A stretch of DNA of 64,000 nucleotides from Alphaproteobacteria bacterium (GCA_045577985.1 JAZNJJ010000003.1:87192-151191); one strand, 5' to 3'; numbered from the stretch's first letter, positions 34,301 to 43,356 are shown. A program made the numbers and translations. Notes: a model not told the origin generated them from the sequence alone.

Positions 34301-35813
34301 TGTCCGCGATTTAAACAATAAAGAAATTGGTTGTTTGAATCCAGATGGAACAGTATTAGGTTTAGACGAACCGAAAATAAAAGGACATTTAGTGAAAAGA
34401 CGTTCTGTTTATTCTATAGATTGGGATAAAATAGGTATCCTTGATGAAGACGGTAGCCTTCGAAATAAAGAAGGACGGTTAGTCGGTTGTGTTAATGATT
34501 ATGGTGATGTTTACGACAAAGATGGGGCTTATATAGGAACAACATCAAAATCGCATTATGCTTATAGCTTTGACGGAAAATTTTTAGGCTTTTTCGATGA
34601 GTATGGAGATATTTCAATACCAGGAATAGATGGTGCTCACGTATATTTGGATGATTTACTAGCTGATAAAAATAAAAATATTGTAGGGTATGCTGCTCCA
34701 GAAATAAATATTCTTATAGATGCTACAGGAAAAAAATTAGGTCATCTTTTTCCAGATGGAGTTGTTTATAACGATAACGGCGTTGCTATAGATAAAATAA
34801 ATGGAGGAAAATCTGGTTTCTATAGCGGAATTGCGGCAAAGTTTTTAAAAACAAATTATGTTATAGATATGGACGGCGTAAATATTGGTTTTGTTAATTA
34901 TGATCAAAATATTGTAAACAATAAAGGATCTATAATAGGAAAGATAAATTCAAAGGGACAACTATTTGATGATAATGGCCGTCAAATAGGAGGAGTTGTA
35001 AAACAAGGGGCTGTTCGCGGTTATGATGGGTCTTATCTAGGATATGTTATCCCAACAGGAGAAGTTATTGAATTAGAGACGGTTAAGAATAGTGGTGGGC
35101 AGGTTTATCAAAAAGGCGATATAACCGGTTATGTCGTTCCTGATGGGCGTATTGTAAAAGATGGTAACATAATAGGAGAAGTCCTTCCACAAAAAGTTAT
35201 GATTGATGTTTTAGGTAATTATGTCGGTTTTGCTAATGCTAAAGGTTTTGTTGTTGGAACTGATAATACATATATTTCCGTAATTTTACCAGGTGGTGTC
35301 TCTAATAAAAATATTGTTGCGTTACAAACTGGTTTTGTTATTGATTTTTCAGGCAATTTAATAGGGACAGTATTACCTACGGGACAATTTATGAATAATC
35401 AACATTACATTGCCGGAAGAGTTCTTTCTGATGGTAAGGTAATTAGCAACGAAGGTAAGTTGTTGGGAGAAGTTATTAGCGGAGATATAGTCATCGGCAA
35501 TGATGATAAAGTTTCTGGTTTTATTGGATTCGATGGGAAAATATATCAAAATGGTAGGCATATAGGAAAGATAATCACTGATGGCTTAGCAGTTGATAAT
35601 CAAAACAATATTATTGGACACACATACGTAATAGGAAACACTGTCTTATCAAATAGTGGTGAATACATAGGTCGATTAGCAGCAAATGGACGCGTTATTG
35701 AAAATAAGAACAAAGAAATTGGTTATATGAAGAGTAATGGTTCATTCATAGACGCAGATAAAAATGTTTCTGGATATATTTTACCTGAAGTAGCAAAAAG
35801 TCGGAGGAATTAA
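31383..35813 (+). CDS. Giant (1476 aa) membrane-anchored repeat protein (D-x-N-G-N-[VI]-I-G repeats)
   Basis: N-terminal TM IILIIGIIALLVFLFGLALL. A beta-sandwich-like segment follows (PINMGQVVLGSDATNVLTIGTNGKSAIKIISVEL...ITCNVTMKWTP), resembling the ASH/PapD-like pattern. More than 1200 aa of short G-x-x-I-G/D-x-N-G repeats come next, crisp in the first half and degenerate in the second. Confidence 0.8.
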   Translation: MSKEPLTHSDRYVRKTNRIILIIGIIALLVFLFGLALLSTEEVEQVQRYQVETGISAETNFGLSSEGSNEAEIEFDDSEEIGRPITMTPNPINMGQVVLGSDATNVLTIGTNGKSAIKIISVELEEVAFEGFTFETNCKDKELRGKITCNVTMKWTPTVAANVQNNFKIIWRETNVSDSNAKHDEVPVFGNSIRKEDCNFCDTTGVTSGNIAIDSGKNSRLAIGPDGRVIGTIGEDGIVRDANGNEIGRVNADGMIVDKDGNIIGVASTEKLIMDENGNVIGYVDANGVAHDVDGNVIGTMLADGTIVDANGNKIGKAVDSGYVYDDNGNIIGRVLSDGSVIDLDGNVIGRVNENGEVVDMNGNKIGHVAKSGEVVFDANGNAIGVVMPNGDVVNENGDVIGRIDENGNLITKQVIGKRGSTAQLAVDENGNVIGYIDGNGNVVDFNGNIIGKVDENGNILDKDGNIIGKASEEWMDLALDENGNVIGYIDNEGLVHNSSGEVVGYVDENGNVIGNITQQEIIGKQLDIGSDQNLAVDENGNIIGTIDANGNVLDSQGNIIGRVDENGNIIDKDGNTIGRRGSSRRLAVDADGNVIGYIDEKGNVIDFNGNMIGKVDESGNIIDKDGNIIGKASNEARDLAIDENGNVIGYIDENGFVHGADGTIVGKMNKDGSIVDNNGNVIGKRKTGPSKVAVDENGNIIGIIDANGNVLDSQGNIIGRVDENGNIIKNNENDTNNQFIGTKGRNVQLAVDENGNVIGYIDEKGNVIDFNGNVIGKVDESGNIIDENGNIIGKRGALAQLALDKNGNVIGYVDANGVTRNANGQIIGIVDVVGNIKTFGTKISGAMINRNLLPITPSGSVLGSINNRGEVVKDNKVVGKMRPNGIVTDISGARVLAKGVNPGYIVNWGCDYSKKLDKDGVVRQDGADTNYKVFADGTVWSPEGLFVGKVIRTGSVYDNKCNYVGEASADGYVRDLNNKEIGCLNPDGTVLGLDEPKIKGHLVKRRSVYSIDWDKIGILDEDGSLRNKEGRLVGCVNDYGDVYDKDGAYIGTTSKSHYAYSFDGKFLGFFDEYGDISIPGIDGAHVYLDDLLADKNKNIVGYAAPEINILIDATGKKLGHLFPDGVVYNDNGVAIDKINGGKSGFYSGIAAKFLKTNYVIDMDGVNIGFVNYDQNIVNNKGSIIGKINSKGQLFDDNGRQIGGVVKQGAVRGYDGSYLGYVIPTGEVIELETVKNSGGQVYQKGDITGYVVPDGRIVKDGNIIGEVLPQKVMIDVLGNYVGFANAKGFVVGTDNTYISVILPGGVSNKNIVALQTGFVIDFSGNLIGTVLPTGQFMNNQHYIAGRVLSDGKVISNEGKLLGEVISGDIVIGNDDKVSGFIGFDGKIYQNGRHIGKIITDGLAVDNQNNIIGHTYVIGNTVLSNSGEYIGRLAANGRVIENKNKEIGYMKSNGSFIDADKNVSGYILPEVAKSRRN
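32637..33900 (+). repeat. Higher-order coding repeat, about 2.5 copies of a module of about 162 aa (486-489 bp)
   Basis: The module landmark LAVD starts at 32655, 33141 and 33630. The sub-segments 32988..33093 and 33462..33567 differ at only about 2 positions by eye. Confidence 0.85.
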
Positions 35814-35818
35814 TTATA

Positions 35819-38800
35819 ATGGCTAAAACAAATAATTATATAAAAATTGCTCTAATAACTATAGTGTATATTTTGATTACTATTACCAGAGTAAGCGCGG
35901 CTGAAATAACAGCTGTAGACTTTCAGGGAAATATTATTGGTCAAGTTATTAGTACTGGTTTAGTTATAAATTCCAACGGTGAAAATATTGGTTCAATAAC
36001 AGCAGATAGTTTAATTATCAATGAAAATAATGAAATCATTGGCGGTGTTGTTCCTCAAGGAATTGCAATCGGTAATGATAATAGAATGCTTGGAAAAGTA
36101 CACAGTGATGGCGTTGTACGTAGTTTAAGTGGAAAAGTATTAGGTAAAGCTCTACCCAATGGTATTGCTGTTGATGATAATTTTACAATCATCGGTTCAA
36201 TTTTATTTCCAGGATTAATATATTCTTCTGAAGGTAAAACAATTGGTAGATTAACAGGTTCTGGAACATATACAAATTTGGATGGTCAGGAAATAGGATA
36301 TGTTTCTGCAAATGGGTATGCATATCGTAAAACAGGAGATGACTATGTTTTAGATGGAATATTAATATCATCTAAAATGGTAGTTTCTAACAATGGAAAA
36401 TTTATAGGAAGCATTTCTCCGTCAGGAAGAGTTATTGATTTTGAAGGAAAGGATATTGGTAATGTCCATGCAAATGATTATGTTTATAATGATGCACTAA
36501 AAGTTATCGGTAAGGTTGTTAGAACAGGTTACGCATTTGATTTATCAGGAAGATATATTGGAATAATTAGTTACAATGGTGCTGTTATTAATGGAGATAA
36601 AACAGTTGGTTTTTATCGTTCTGATGGGAAAATTATCAATGATAAAGAAACCGTTATTGGCTTTTCTGTTAACATATCTGCAACGGCAAATGACAATAAA
36701 GGAAAATATTTAGGAATATTAGTCCCTAATGGCTTGATTGTACGTGGTAAAGAAATAATCGGAAGAGCCGGAGCTAATAAATATGTATTTGATAGAGAAG
36801 GTAATAAAATCGGAGAAATTATTGAAACAGGTCCAATTTACGATGCTTTAGCGAAATTAAAAGGAGAAAGTATGCGTAATGGAAATATTGTTTCTTTAGG
36901 CGGTGGAGTCATCGGACAAATAAAAGGAAGATTTGCATACGATAGTAATGGTGTATTGATAGGTGGATTATCAAAGGATTTATTTGCCATTTCTTCAAAT
37001 AATAATCCTCTAGGTATTGTTGGTGTAGATGCTTCTATTCAAGATGGAGCAAATAAATCGAAAGCCTCTCCTTTTGGTTATGTATTTAATTCTGATGGAA
37101 AAATAATCGGACAGAATCATGAATTATTACCTATATATGGATTAGAAGGCCTTCTCTATTCATATGTTAATCCAAACGGGGAATTATATCGCAATATCTC
37201 TGATGTAAATATAACACAAACAGGTACCTTAATTGGAAAAAATGGATATATCGGAAATATTCTATCTCCATTATATGCTCTTAATTATGATGGAATACGC
37301 TTTGGTAATTTTGCGAATAATAATTTAATTATGAACAAAAAAGGTGGAATAGATTATAAAGTTATTCCCGGTAATTATGTTGTTGAATCGCAAGGCGCTC
37401 TCGATCAGAGATTAACGCCTATAAAAGGCTTCTCCGGAAATCGGCGAATAGCGTTAAATTTTGGCGGAGATTTATTAGGATACTCAAATAGCTCAGGTGA
37501 GGTTGTTGATTTAAATGGGAATATTTTGGGACATGTAATTTATGGGGAGTATGTTGTCGATAATAACAATTCCGTAATTGGACAATTAGTACCTTTTGTT
37601 ACAGTTAATAATGAAAAATGCCAAACACTTGGAATAATAAATGGTCAAGGAGAAATTCTTAACAATAGAGAAGTAGTTGTAGGAAAAATGCTACCAAATG
37701 GTCAGGTATTATCAGATGTTGGTAGTTATGTTGGTTATACTCTCTTCAATACAGGTCTAATAGATATAAACGGAAATTTTGTCGGTACTCAGAATTTAGG
37801 TGTAGGTGTAGATTTTAGTGGTAAGAATTTAGGTTGTGCAAATCGTAAAGGTTTAATTTATGACAACGATAACGCTCTAAAATATAGTGTGATAAATATG
37901 GAACCCGCAATAGATTTTGATAACAAAATTATAGGAAACATTATATCTAATGGAAGTATTGTTGATAATAACAATCAAATCATTGGTCATATGCAACCTA
38001 ATGGAGATGTTGTCTCTAAATCGAAAAAGGTACTTGGAAATGTAATGAAATATAAGGTTGCATTTAGCAATGATAATAAGTTTCTAGGAATGATACATCC
38101 TTCTGGAGAAGTATTAAATCAGAATGGAAATAAAGTGGGACATATAAATTTTGATGGAAGCATATCTTCTGATGGAGAAACAATTGGTTATGGATTATAT
38201 GACTTTTATGTATATGATGAAAACTTTATAACTTACGGATATATAACTAAAGATGGTACAATCTTGAATTTTTTGGGTAGTAAAGTTGGTAATATAGATA
38301 AAGGTTTTGTCGTTAACAAGAAAAAACAACTAGTTGCAAGAATTCATAGAGATTTCATTGTAAGGGATGTAAGTAATAATGCCGTCGGAGAATTACAATT
38401 AGATGGAAATATTGTAAATTTCTTGGGTGAAAACATCGGATATTTATCTGAAAGTGGAAGTATTTTAAATCCGGAAGGACAAGAAATCGCTAAGGCCACT
38501 CCTCTGCAGTATTACATTATACAAAGCCAAGAGCAATCAGAAAAAGAAGAAGATGAAGATTGGCAAAAGAATAATAAAAAAGTTCAGATAACTGATTATA
38601 AAGAAGAGGATAATATAACGAAAACTTCTGGGGAAATGTCTTCGGGAAGAAGAAAAATAGTAGGTATTGCAATAAGTCCGGACGGAGATGTTTTGGGTGA
38701 TATATATGATGACGAAAGTGTAAGAAATAAAGATGGCGAACAAATCGGTTTTCGTACTCCTGACGGTATTATTGTAGATATGAATCATAATACTATTGGT

Positions 38801-39991
38801 ATTGAGGATATTAAACATACATCAGCAAGTGAAATGTTTGTCCCAGCAGGTGCTTTTGGTCAAGGTAACCCATACGGCATAGGCTCTCAACCATCAAATT
38901 TAGGACCAGGAGGTGGATATGGACAAGGGGAACGATATGATCCCATAAGAGCAAACGCGCTTAACCAATTACAACAAGCTCGTCGAAGCGATATATCTGT
39001 AGGAAGAGTATCTACTAATGTAAAAATGTCTAATTTTACAGGCTATGAGGAAGATGGTTGGCCTGGTGTCGGTAAAAATATATCTACATGGAGAGTAGAT
39101 ATGAGCCAAATGATATTAGAAGATAAACCAATTCCTGCTGTATTATCTCGTTCTGTATACGCCTCAGAAGGATTTGGCAGTAACATTCCTGTAACAGCAA
39201 TTGTGGAGAGAAATATTTATGCTGAAGAAGGTCGAAATATCGTCATCCCAGCCGGCTCAAGAGTTATCGGTGCTTTAGGTGGAGAAGGTGGTACTGGTGG
39301 AAGCAGTGGTGGTGCTGTAAAGATTGGTATAAGCTGGCGTCGATTGATTCGTCCGGATGGTTCTCAGTTTACATTCGGAAATGCCCAAACAGCTGATTCT
39401 CAAGGTAGAGCTGGAGCAATTGGATATTTAGACGAACAATTACTGAAAAAATATACTATGCCAACTTTAACAACCATTGTTGAAAGTGCCACAGCTTATC
39501 TAACCGCAGCGGGAGAAGGAACTACAACATCAGACGGAGGTTCAACGGAAAGTTCCAAGAGCCAAGCTGCACAAGATGCACGTGATAATTTCTTAGAGCA
39601 AATGAATACAATATTTGATGATATAATGAATAGAAAAGCAAATATTCGTTCAGTTACATATATTCCTGCCGGTACAAGAATAATAATATTCCCTAATGAA
39701 GATTTATGGTTAAATGATGAAAAACGTGATAAAGAAAAAGAAGTTATAGACGAATATAGAGGAGGAAATTCAGGGCTTACAGAGAAAAGACCTGAGGCCG
39801 TAGGGTCAAGAGGTGGAGCTACGGTAACATATGATGGTACTTATAATGAAAATGTTCGTCCCGCAGGAGGAGGCTTGGTAGAAGAAACTCCTGCTCAAAA
39901 TCCTAATCGTAGAATAAGACAACTTCCTCCTGCCACAATACAACAAATGCCGGCAGAAGAAACTACAGATGATGTACCTGCTTTATTATAG
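35819..39991 (+). CDS. virB10: Giant (1390 aa) VirB10/TrbI-family protein with about 880 aa of N-terminal repeats
   Basis: RBS GGAGGA and N-terminal anchor IALITIVYILITITRVSA. Long G-x-x-I-G-x-V...G repeats are followed by an acidic/K-rich linker and a G/P-rich segment (GPGGGYGQGERYDP). The TrbI domain, about 39100..39710, reads IPAVLSRSVYASEG...VTAIVERNIYAEEGRNIVIPAGSRVIG...ISWRRLIRPDGSQFTF...ADSQGRAGAIGYLDEQ. Confidence 0.8.
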   Translation: MAKTNNYIKIALITIVYILITITRVSAAEITAVDFQGNIIGQVISTGLVINSNGENIGSITADSLIINENNEIIGGVVPQGIAIGNDNRMLGKVHSDGVVRSLSGKVLGKALPNGIAVDDNFTIIGSILFPGLIYSSEGKTIGRLTGSGTYTNLDGQEIGYVSANGYAYRKTGDDYVLDGILISSKMVVSNNGKFIGSISPSGRVIDFEGKDIGNVHANDYVYNDALKVIGKVVRTGYAFDLSGRYIGIISYNGAVINGDKTVGFYRSDGKIINDKETVIGFSVNISATANDNKGKYLGILVPNGLIVRGKEIIGRAGANKYVFDREGNKIGEIIETGPIYDALAKLKGESMRNGNIVSLGGGVIGQIKGRFAYDSNGVLIGGLSKDLFAISSNNNPLGIVGVDASIQDGANKSKASPFGYVFNSDGKIIGQNHELLPIYGLEGLLYSYVNPNGELYRNISDVNITQTGTLIGKNGYIGNILSPLYALNYDGIRFGNFANNNLIMNKKGGIDYKVIPGNYVVESQGALDQRLTPIKGFSGNRRIALNFGGDLLGYSNSSGEVVDLNGNILGHVIYGEYVVDNNNSVIGQLVPFVTVNNEKCQTLGIINGQGEILNNREVVVGKMLPNGQVLSDVGSYVGYTLFNTGLIDINGNFVGTQNLGVGVDFSGKNLGCANRKGLIYDNDNALKYSVINMEPAIDFDNKIIGNIISNGSIVDNNNQIIGHMQPNGDVVSKSKKVLGNVMKYKVAFSNDNKFLGMIHPSGEVLNQNGNKVGHINFDGSISSDGETIGYGLYDFYVYDENFITYGYITKDGTILNFLGSKVGNIDKGFVVNKKKQLVARIHRDFIVRDVSNNAVGELQLDGNIVNFLGENIGYLSESGSILNPEGQEIAKATPLQYYIIQSQEQSEKEEDEDWQKNNKKVQITDYKEEDNITKTSGEMSSGRRKIVGIAISPDGDVLGDIYDDESVRNKDGEQIGFRTPDGIIVDMNHNTIGIEDIKHTSASEMFVPAGAFGQGNPYGIGSQPSNLGPGGGYGQGERYDPIRANALNQLQQARRSDISVGRVSTNVKMSNFTGYEEDGWPGVGKNISTWRVDMSQMILEDKPIPAVLSRSVYASEGFGSNIPVTAIVERNIYAEEGRNIVIPAGSRVIGALGGEGGTGGSSGGAVKIGISWRRLIRPDGSQFTFGNAQTADSQGRAGAIGYLDEQLLKKYTMPTLTTIVESATAYLTAAGEGTTTSDGGSTESSKSQAAQDARDNFLEQMNTIFDDIMNRKANIRSVTYIPAGTRIIIFPNEDLWLNDEKRDKEKEVIDEYRGGNSGLTEKRPEAVGSRGGATVTYDGTYNENVRPAGGGLVEETPAQNPNRRIRQLPPATIQQMPAEETTDDVPALL

Positions 39992-40000
39992 GAGATAAAT

Positions 40001-40975
40001 ATGAGTGATTTTTCAGTATTAGAATCTGTTTTACGCCCATTATCCTATTGGTATACACAGGATAATTTGGAAGAAGTTGCCATAAATCGTGCCGGACAAA
40101 TATGGCTTCGTATGCGAGGCAAACGAGCATATCCGTGGGTGATGTATAAAGATGAGAAATTATCAAAAGAATATTTAACAGATTTATTATATATCATTGC
40201 TAATACTTATGAAATCAAATTTGATCCATTACAGGGATCACCATTAGTATATGCAACAATTCCTGGAGATCACCGTTTTTCAGCCATCTGTGGTAGAAAT
40301 ATCATGTATGATGAAGAGGATTTAACAGGAGGAATAGCCTTAACTATTCGTATTCATTCGGATGATGTAGCTTTTGGTCTTGAAGACTATGGAATGAGAC
40401 AAGGTGAGGCCTTAAAAAAATTAAATCCGCTAAAAGATATAAAAGTTCCTGATGATGCATATGAACGTTTATTGTTGTATATCAAAAGAGGAGAACATAT
40501 TCTAGTTAGTGGTGCTACTGCTACAGGTAAGACAACTTTCTTAAATAACTTGCTTAAAATATTAGATATACATAAACGTATCATAACAGTTGAAGATACT
40601 CGAGAATTAATAGTTCCACATCCTAATAGAGTTCATTTAGTTATGTCGCGTACAGATCAAACAAATGATATTGACTATGCAAAAATAATAGACCTTGTTG
40701 TGCGTTTTACACCAGACGCTATCATCGGCGGAGAGATTTCAACAAGTAATGCTAGTGGTATTTGGCAACTTATGGGATCTGGTCACGATAATTGTTTTGC
40801 AACGATTCACGCCGAAAGTTCTCAAGAAGCGTATCTCCAGTTTATAAAACGTATTATGGCATCAACAAATGGGGCTGTAAACGTTGAGCAAACACTAGAC
40901 GAAATGAAAAGAAAACTTCATGTTGTTCAGATTTGTAGAATGGGTAATCAGCGCGCAATTACAGAAGTAACCTAA
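40001..40975 (+). CDS. virB11: VirB11-family T4SS ATPase
   Basis: 324 aa. Walker A SGATATGKTT, VEDTRELIVPHPN, Walker B-like AIIGGEIS, His box GHDNCFATIHAES. RBS AGGAG. Confidence 0.9.
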   Translation: MSDFSVLESVLRPLSYWYTQDNLEEVAINRAGQIWLRMRGKRAYPWVMYKDEKLSKEYLTDLLYIIANTYEIKFDPLQGSPLVYATIPGDHRFSAICGRNIMYDEEDLTGGIALTIRIHSDDVAFGLEDYGMRQGEALKKLNPLKDIKVPDDAYERLLLYIKRGEHILVSGATATGKTTFLNNLLKILDIHKRIITVEDTRELIVPHPNRVHLVMSRTDQTNDIDYAKIIDLVVRFTPDAIIGGEISTSNASGIWQLMGSGHDNCFATIHAESSQEAYLQFIKRIMASTNGAVNVEQTLDEMKRKLHVVQICRMGNQRAITEVT

Positions 40976-41616
40976 AAGTTGTTAGGCATTAAGGAATATA
41001 TTTCAGCCTTAAAAAATTCGAGCCCTATTTTCTTTTCGGAACTTGTTATTATAATATCATTCAGCGCTGCCGCATGTGATTTAATTTCATCCAAAGTTTT
41101 CTGTAATACTTTATCCAATTCCTCTTTGGATATTTTATCCGCCTTAGTCAATATTACCTGATAAGGCACTGCTGCATCATCTAACATCTTCATGATATCT
41201 TTATCATCTTTTTTTAATCCGTGTCTGGAATCTATCATCAAAAAAACTCTTCTAAGATTAGGTCTTCCTCTTAAATAAGTTTTTAATATTTGTTGCCACT
41301 GTTTTACAAGTGTTTCTGGTGCTTTTGCATAACCATACCCTGGTAAGTCAACCAAATATAATTTATTATCAAAATTAAAAAAATTCAGTTGTTGCGTTCT
41401 ACCAGGTGTACTTGAAGTTTTTGCTAATTTTCTCTGATTGAATAACGCATTTATTAAACTTGATTTTCCAACATTAGATCTGCCGGCAAACGCTACTTCA
41501 TCAATTGTGGCCTCTGGTAATTGTTCTAATTTTGCAACACTAATAACAAAATTGCAGGGACGCAAAAATTGCGCCTCTGCATTTTTTAAATCAGCAATCG
41601 AAAACTTATCACTCAT
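40972..41616 (-). CDS. engB: Ribosome-biogenesis GTPase EngB/YihA
   Basis: G1 GRSNVGKSSLINAL, G3 DLPGYGYA, G4 TKADK. 214 aa. Its stop codon overlaps the virB11 stop. Confidence 0.9.
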   Translation of the reverse strand: MSDKFSIADLKNAEAQFLRPCNFVISVAKLEQLPEATIDEVAFAGRSNVGKSSLINALFNQRKLAKTSSTPGRTQQLNFFNFDNKLYLVDLPGYGYAKAPETLVKQWQQILKTYLRGRPNLRRVFLMIDSRHGLKKDDKDIMKMLDDAAVPYQVILTKADKISKEELDKVLQKTLDEIKSHAAALNDIIITSSEKKIGLEFFKAEIYSLMPNNF

Positions 41617-43283
41617 TTTACACCATTTCTATGCATTATCAATTTTTGTTGAATTATAGATAAAACATTACTTAAAGTCCAATAAATAACCAAACCGACA
41701 GCAAAATGAGCAAACATTATCGTAAATATTATAGGCATTAGAGCAAACATTCTTGCTTGATCTCGATTCGCCGGAGCTGGATTTAGTTTTTGTTGAATGT
41801 ACATTGTTAAACCATAAATAATAGGCCAAATACCAATATCTAGCATTGATGGAATATATACATTGGACCAAACCGAAATAGTTAAAGGGTCTGGAGCTGA
41901 CAAATCTTTTATCCAACCTATGAAAGGAGCGTGTCTTATTTCTATAGCAATATTTAATACTTTATACAAAGAGAAGAATATCGGAATTTGGATAAACATT
42001 GGTAAACAACCAGAAGCTGGATTAATCTTTTCCTTTTTATACAAATCCATAGTTGCACGTTGTAAGCCCATTTTATCTTCTTTATATAATTCTTGTAATA
42101 TAACCAATTTAGGTTGGATTTTTTTCATCTTTGACATATTCTCATATGATTTATTTGCAATAGGGAATAAGAAAATACGTAGCAACGCAGCAAATAATAG
42201 AATTGCCCATCCCATATTGCCTATAAAATTATATAAAAAGTCCAAGATGTAGAAAAATGGTTTTGTTAAGAAATAATACCATCCGAAATCCACGGCTAAA
42301 TCGAATTTCTTAATATTTTCTGAATACTTATCAAGGAGTTTAATTTCCTTTGCACCAGCAAAGAATTTTGAATCAATAGAAGAAGCACTTCCAGGTTGAA
42401 TCTGTAGAGAGAGTCCTTTAAAATCAGTTTGAAAGAAATCATCACCAATTTTTCTTAGTGATACTTTTGATTTATATACATCATTGAAAACAAAAGCACT
42501 AAACCAATATTTATCAGAGAATGAAATCCATCCACCTGTTGTATCAAAGTTTTTTGGCTCATCTAATTTTTTCATATCTGCATAATTTATTTCTTTTAAA
42601 TCATTATCCAATATTGCTGTAAATCCTTCATGTACAATTCCACCTCTTTTTGCAATATCAGATATTCTTCTACTCAAAATACCATAAGGAATCAAAGTAA
42701 TGGTTTCATTAGTATTATTTTCAATTGTCTGCTTTATTTCGAATAAATAATTATCGTCCAATGATATATTATAAATAAATTTTACACCTTCGCCATTATC
42801 CCAAAGCAAAGTAACTGGCGATGTTGGAGTTAATTCTCTATCCCCTAGAACAGTCCAGATAGTTTCTTTATTTGGTAGTTTTAGATTTTTATTTGATGAT
42901 AACCAACCATATTCTGCATAATAGGAATTAGACGTTTTAGCTGGAGATAACAATTCTACTGGTTTACTATCCGCATCTATAGTGTTTTTATATTTAGATA
43001 ACAAAAGATCATCAAATCTAGCTCCTTTAAGTCTGATTGAACCTGTTAACACATTATTTTTAATGCTAATTCTTTCATCTTTTAATTTTACTTCGGAAGC
43101 ATCTTCAAAAGAGGGTAACGTTTCTTTATTATCCACTATTTGTTCAGTGTTTTCTACAGGAACCGAAACTTCTTCTTCAACAGGAGTTTGAACAACTTGT
43201 TTAGGGAAAAAGTAATTAACACCAAAAACAACAAAGGCTGACAAAATAACAGCCACATAAAAACTTTTTAAATCGTCTTTCAT
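41613..43283 (-). CDS. yidC: Membrane protein insertase YidC
   Basis: 556 aa with a large periplasmic domain followed by the conserved core ...MSKMKKIQPKLVILQELYKEDKMGLQRATMDLYKKEKINPASGCLPMFIQIPIFFSLY. Synteny with yidD-rnpA-rpmH. Confidence 0.9.
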   Translation of the reverse strand: MKDDLKSFYVAVILSAFVVFGVNYFFPKQVVQTPVEEEVSVPVENTEQIVDNKETLPSFEDASEVKLKDERISIKNNVLTGSIRLKGARFDDLLLSKYKNTIDADSKPVELLSPAKTSNSYYAEYGWLSSNKNLKLPNKETIWTVLGDRELTPTSPVTLLWDNGEGVKFIYNISLDDNYLFEIKQTIENNTNETITLIPYGILSRRISDIAKRGGIVHEGFTAILDNDLKEINYADMKKLDEPKNFDTTGGWISFSDKYWFSAFVFNDVYKSKVSLRKIGDDFFQTDFKGLSLQIQPGSASSIDSKFFAGAKEIKLLDKYSENIKKFDLAVDFGWYYFLTKPFFYILDFLYNFIGNMGWAILLFAALLRIFLFPIANKSYENMSKMKKIQPKLVILQELYKEDKMGLQRATMDLYKKEKINPASGCLPMFIQIPIFFSLYKVLNIAIEIRHAPFIGWIKDLSAPDPLTISVWSNVYIPSMLDIGIWPIIYGLTMYIQQKLNPAPANRDQARMFALMPIIFTIMFAHFAVGLVIYWTLSNVLSIIQQKLIMHRNGVK

Positions 43284-43356
43284 TATCTAAAACTCCTTTG
43301 ATATATAAACATTATTTTATCTAAAATACTTTTGTGTTAAAATCAAGAAATTATAA

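Noticed and set aside
1468-40975. Whether the pilus and T4SS super-locus is a mobile element (ICE or genomic island).
   Set aside because: No integrase, relaxase, transposase, tRNA target or flanking direct repeats are visible. There is no obvious compositional shift by eye, and the boundary genes overlap or abut core genes. It is therefore not annotated as a mobile_element, though quantitative composition analysis is still needed.
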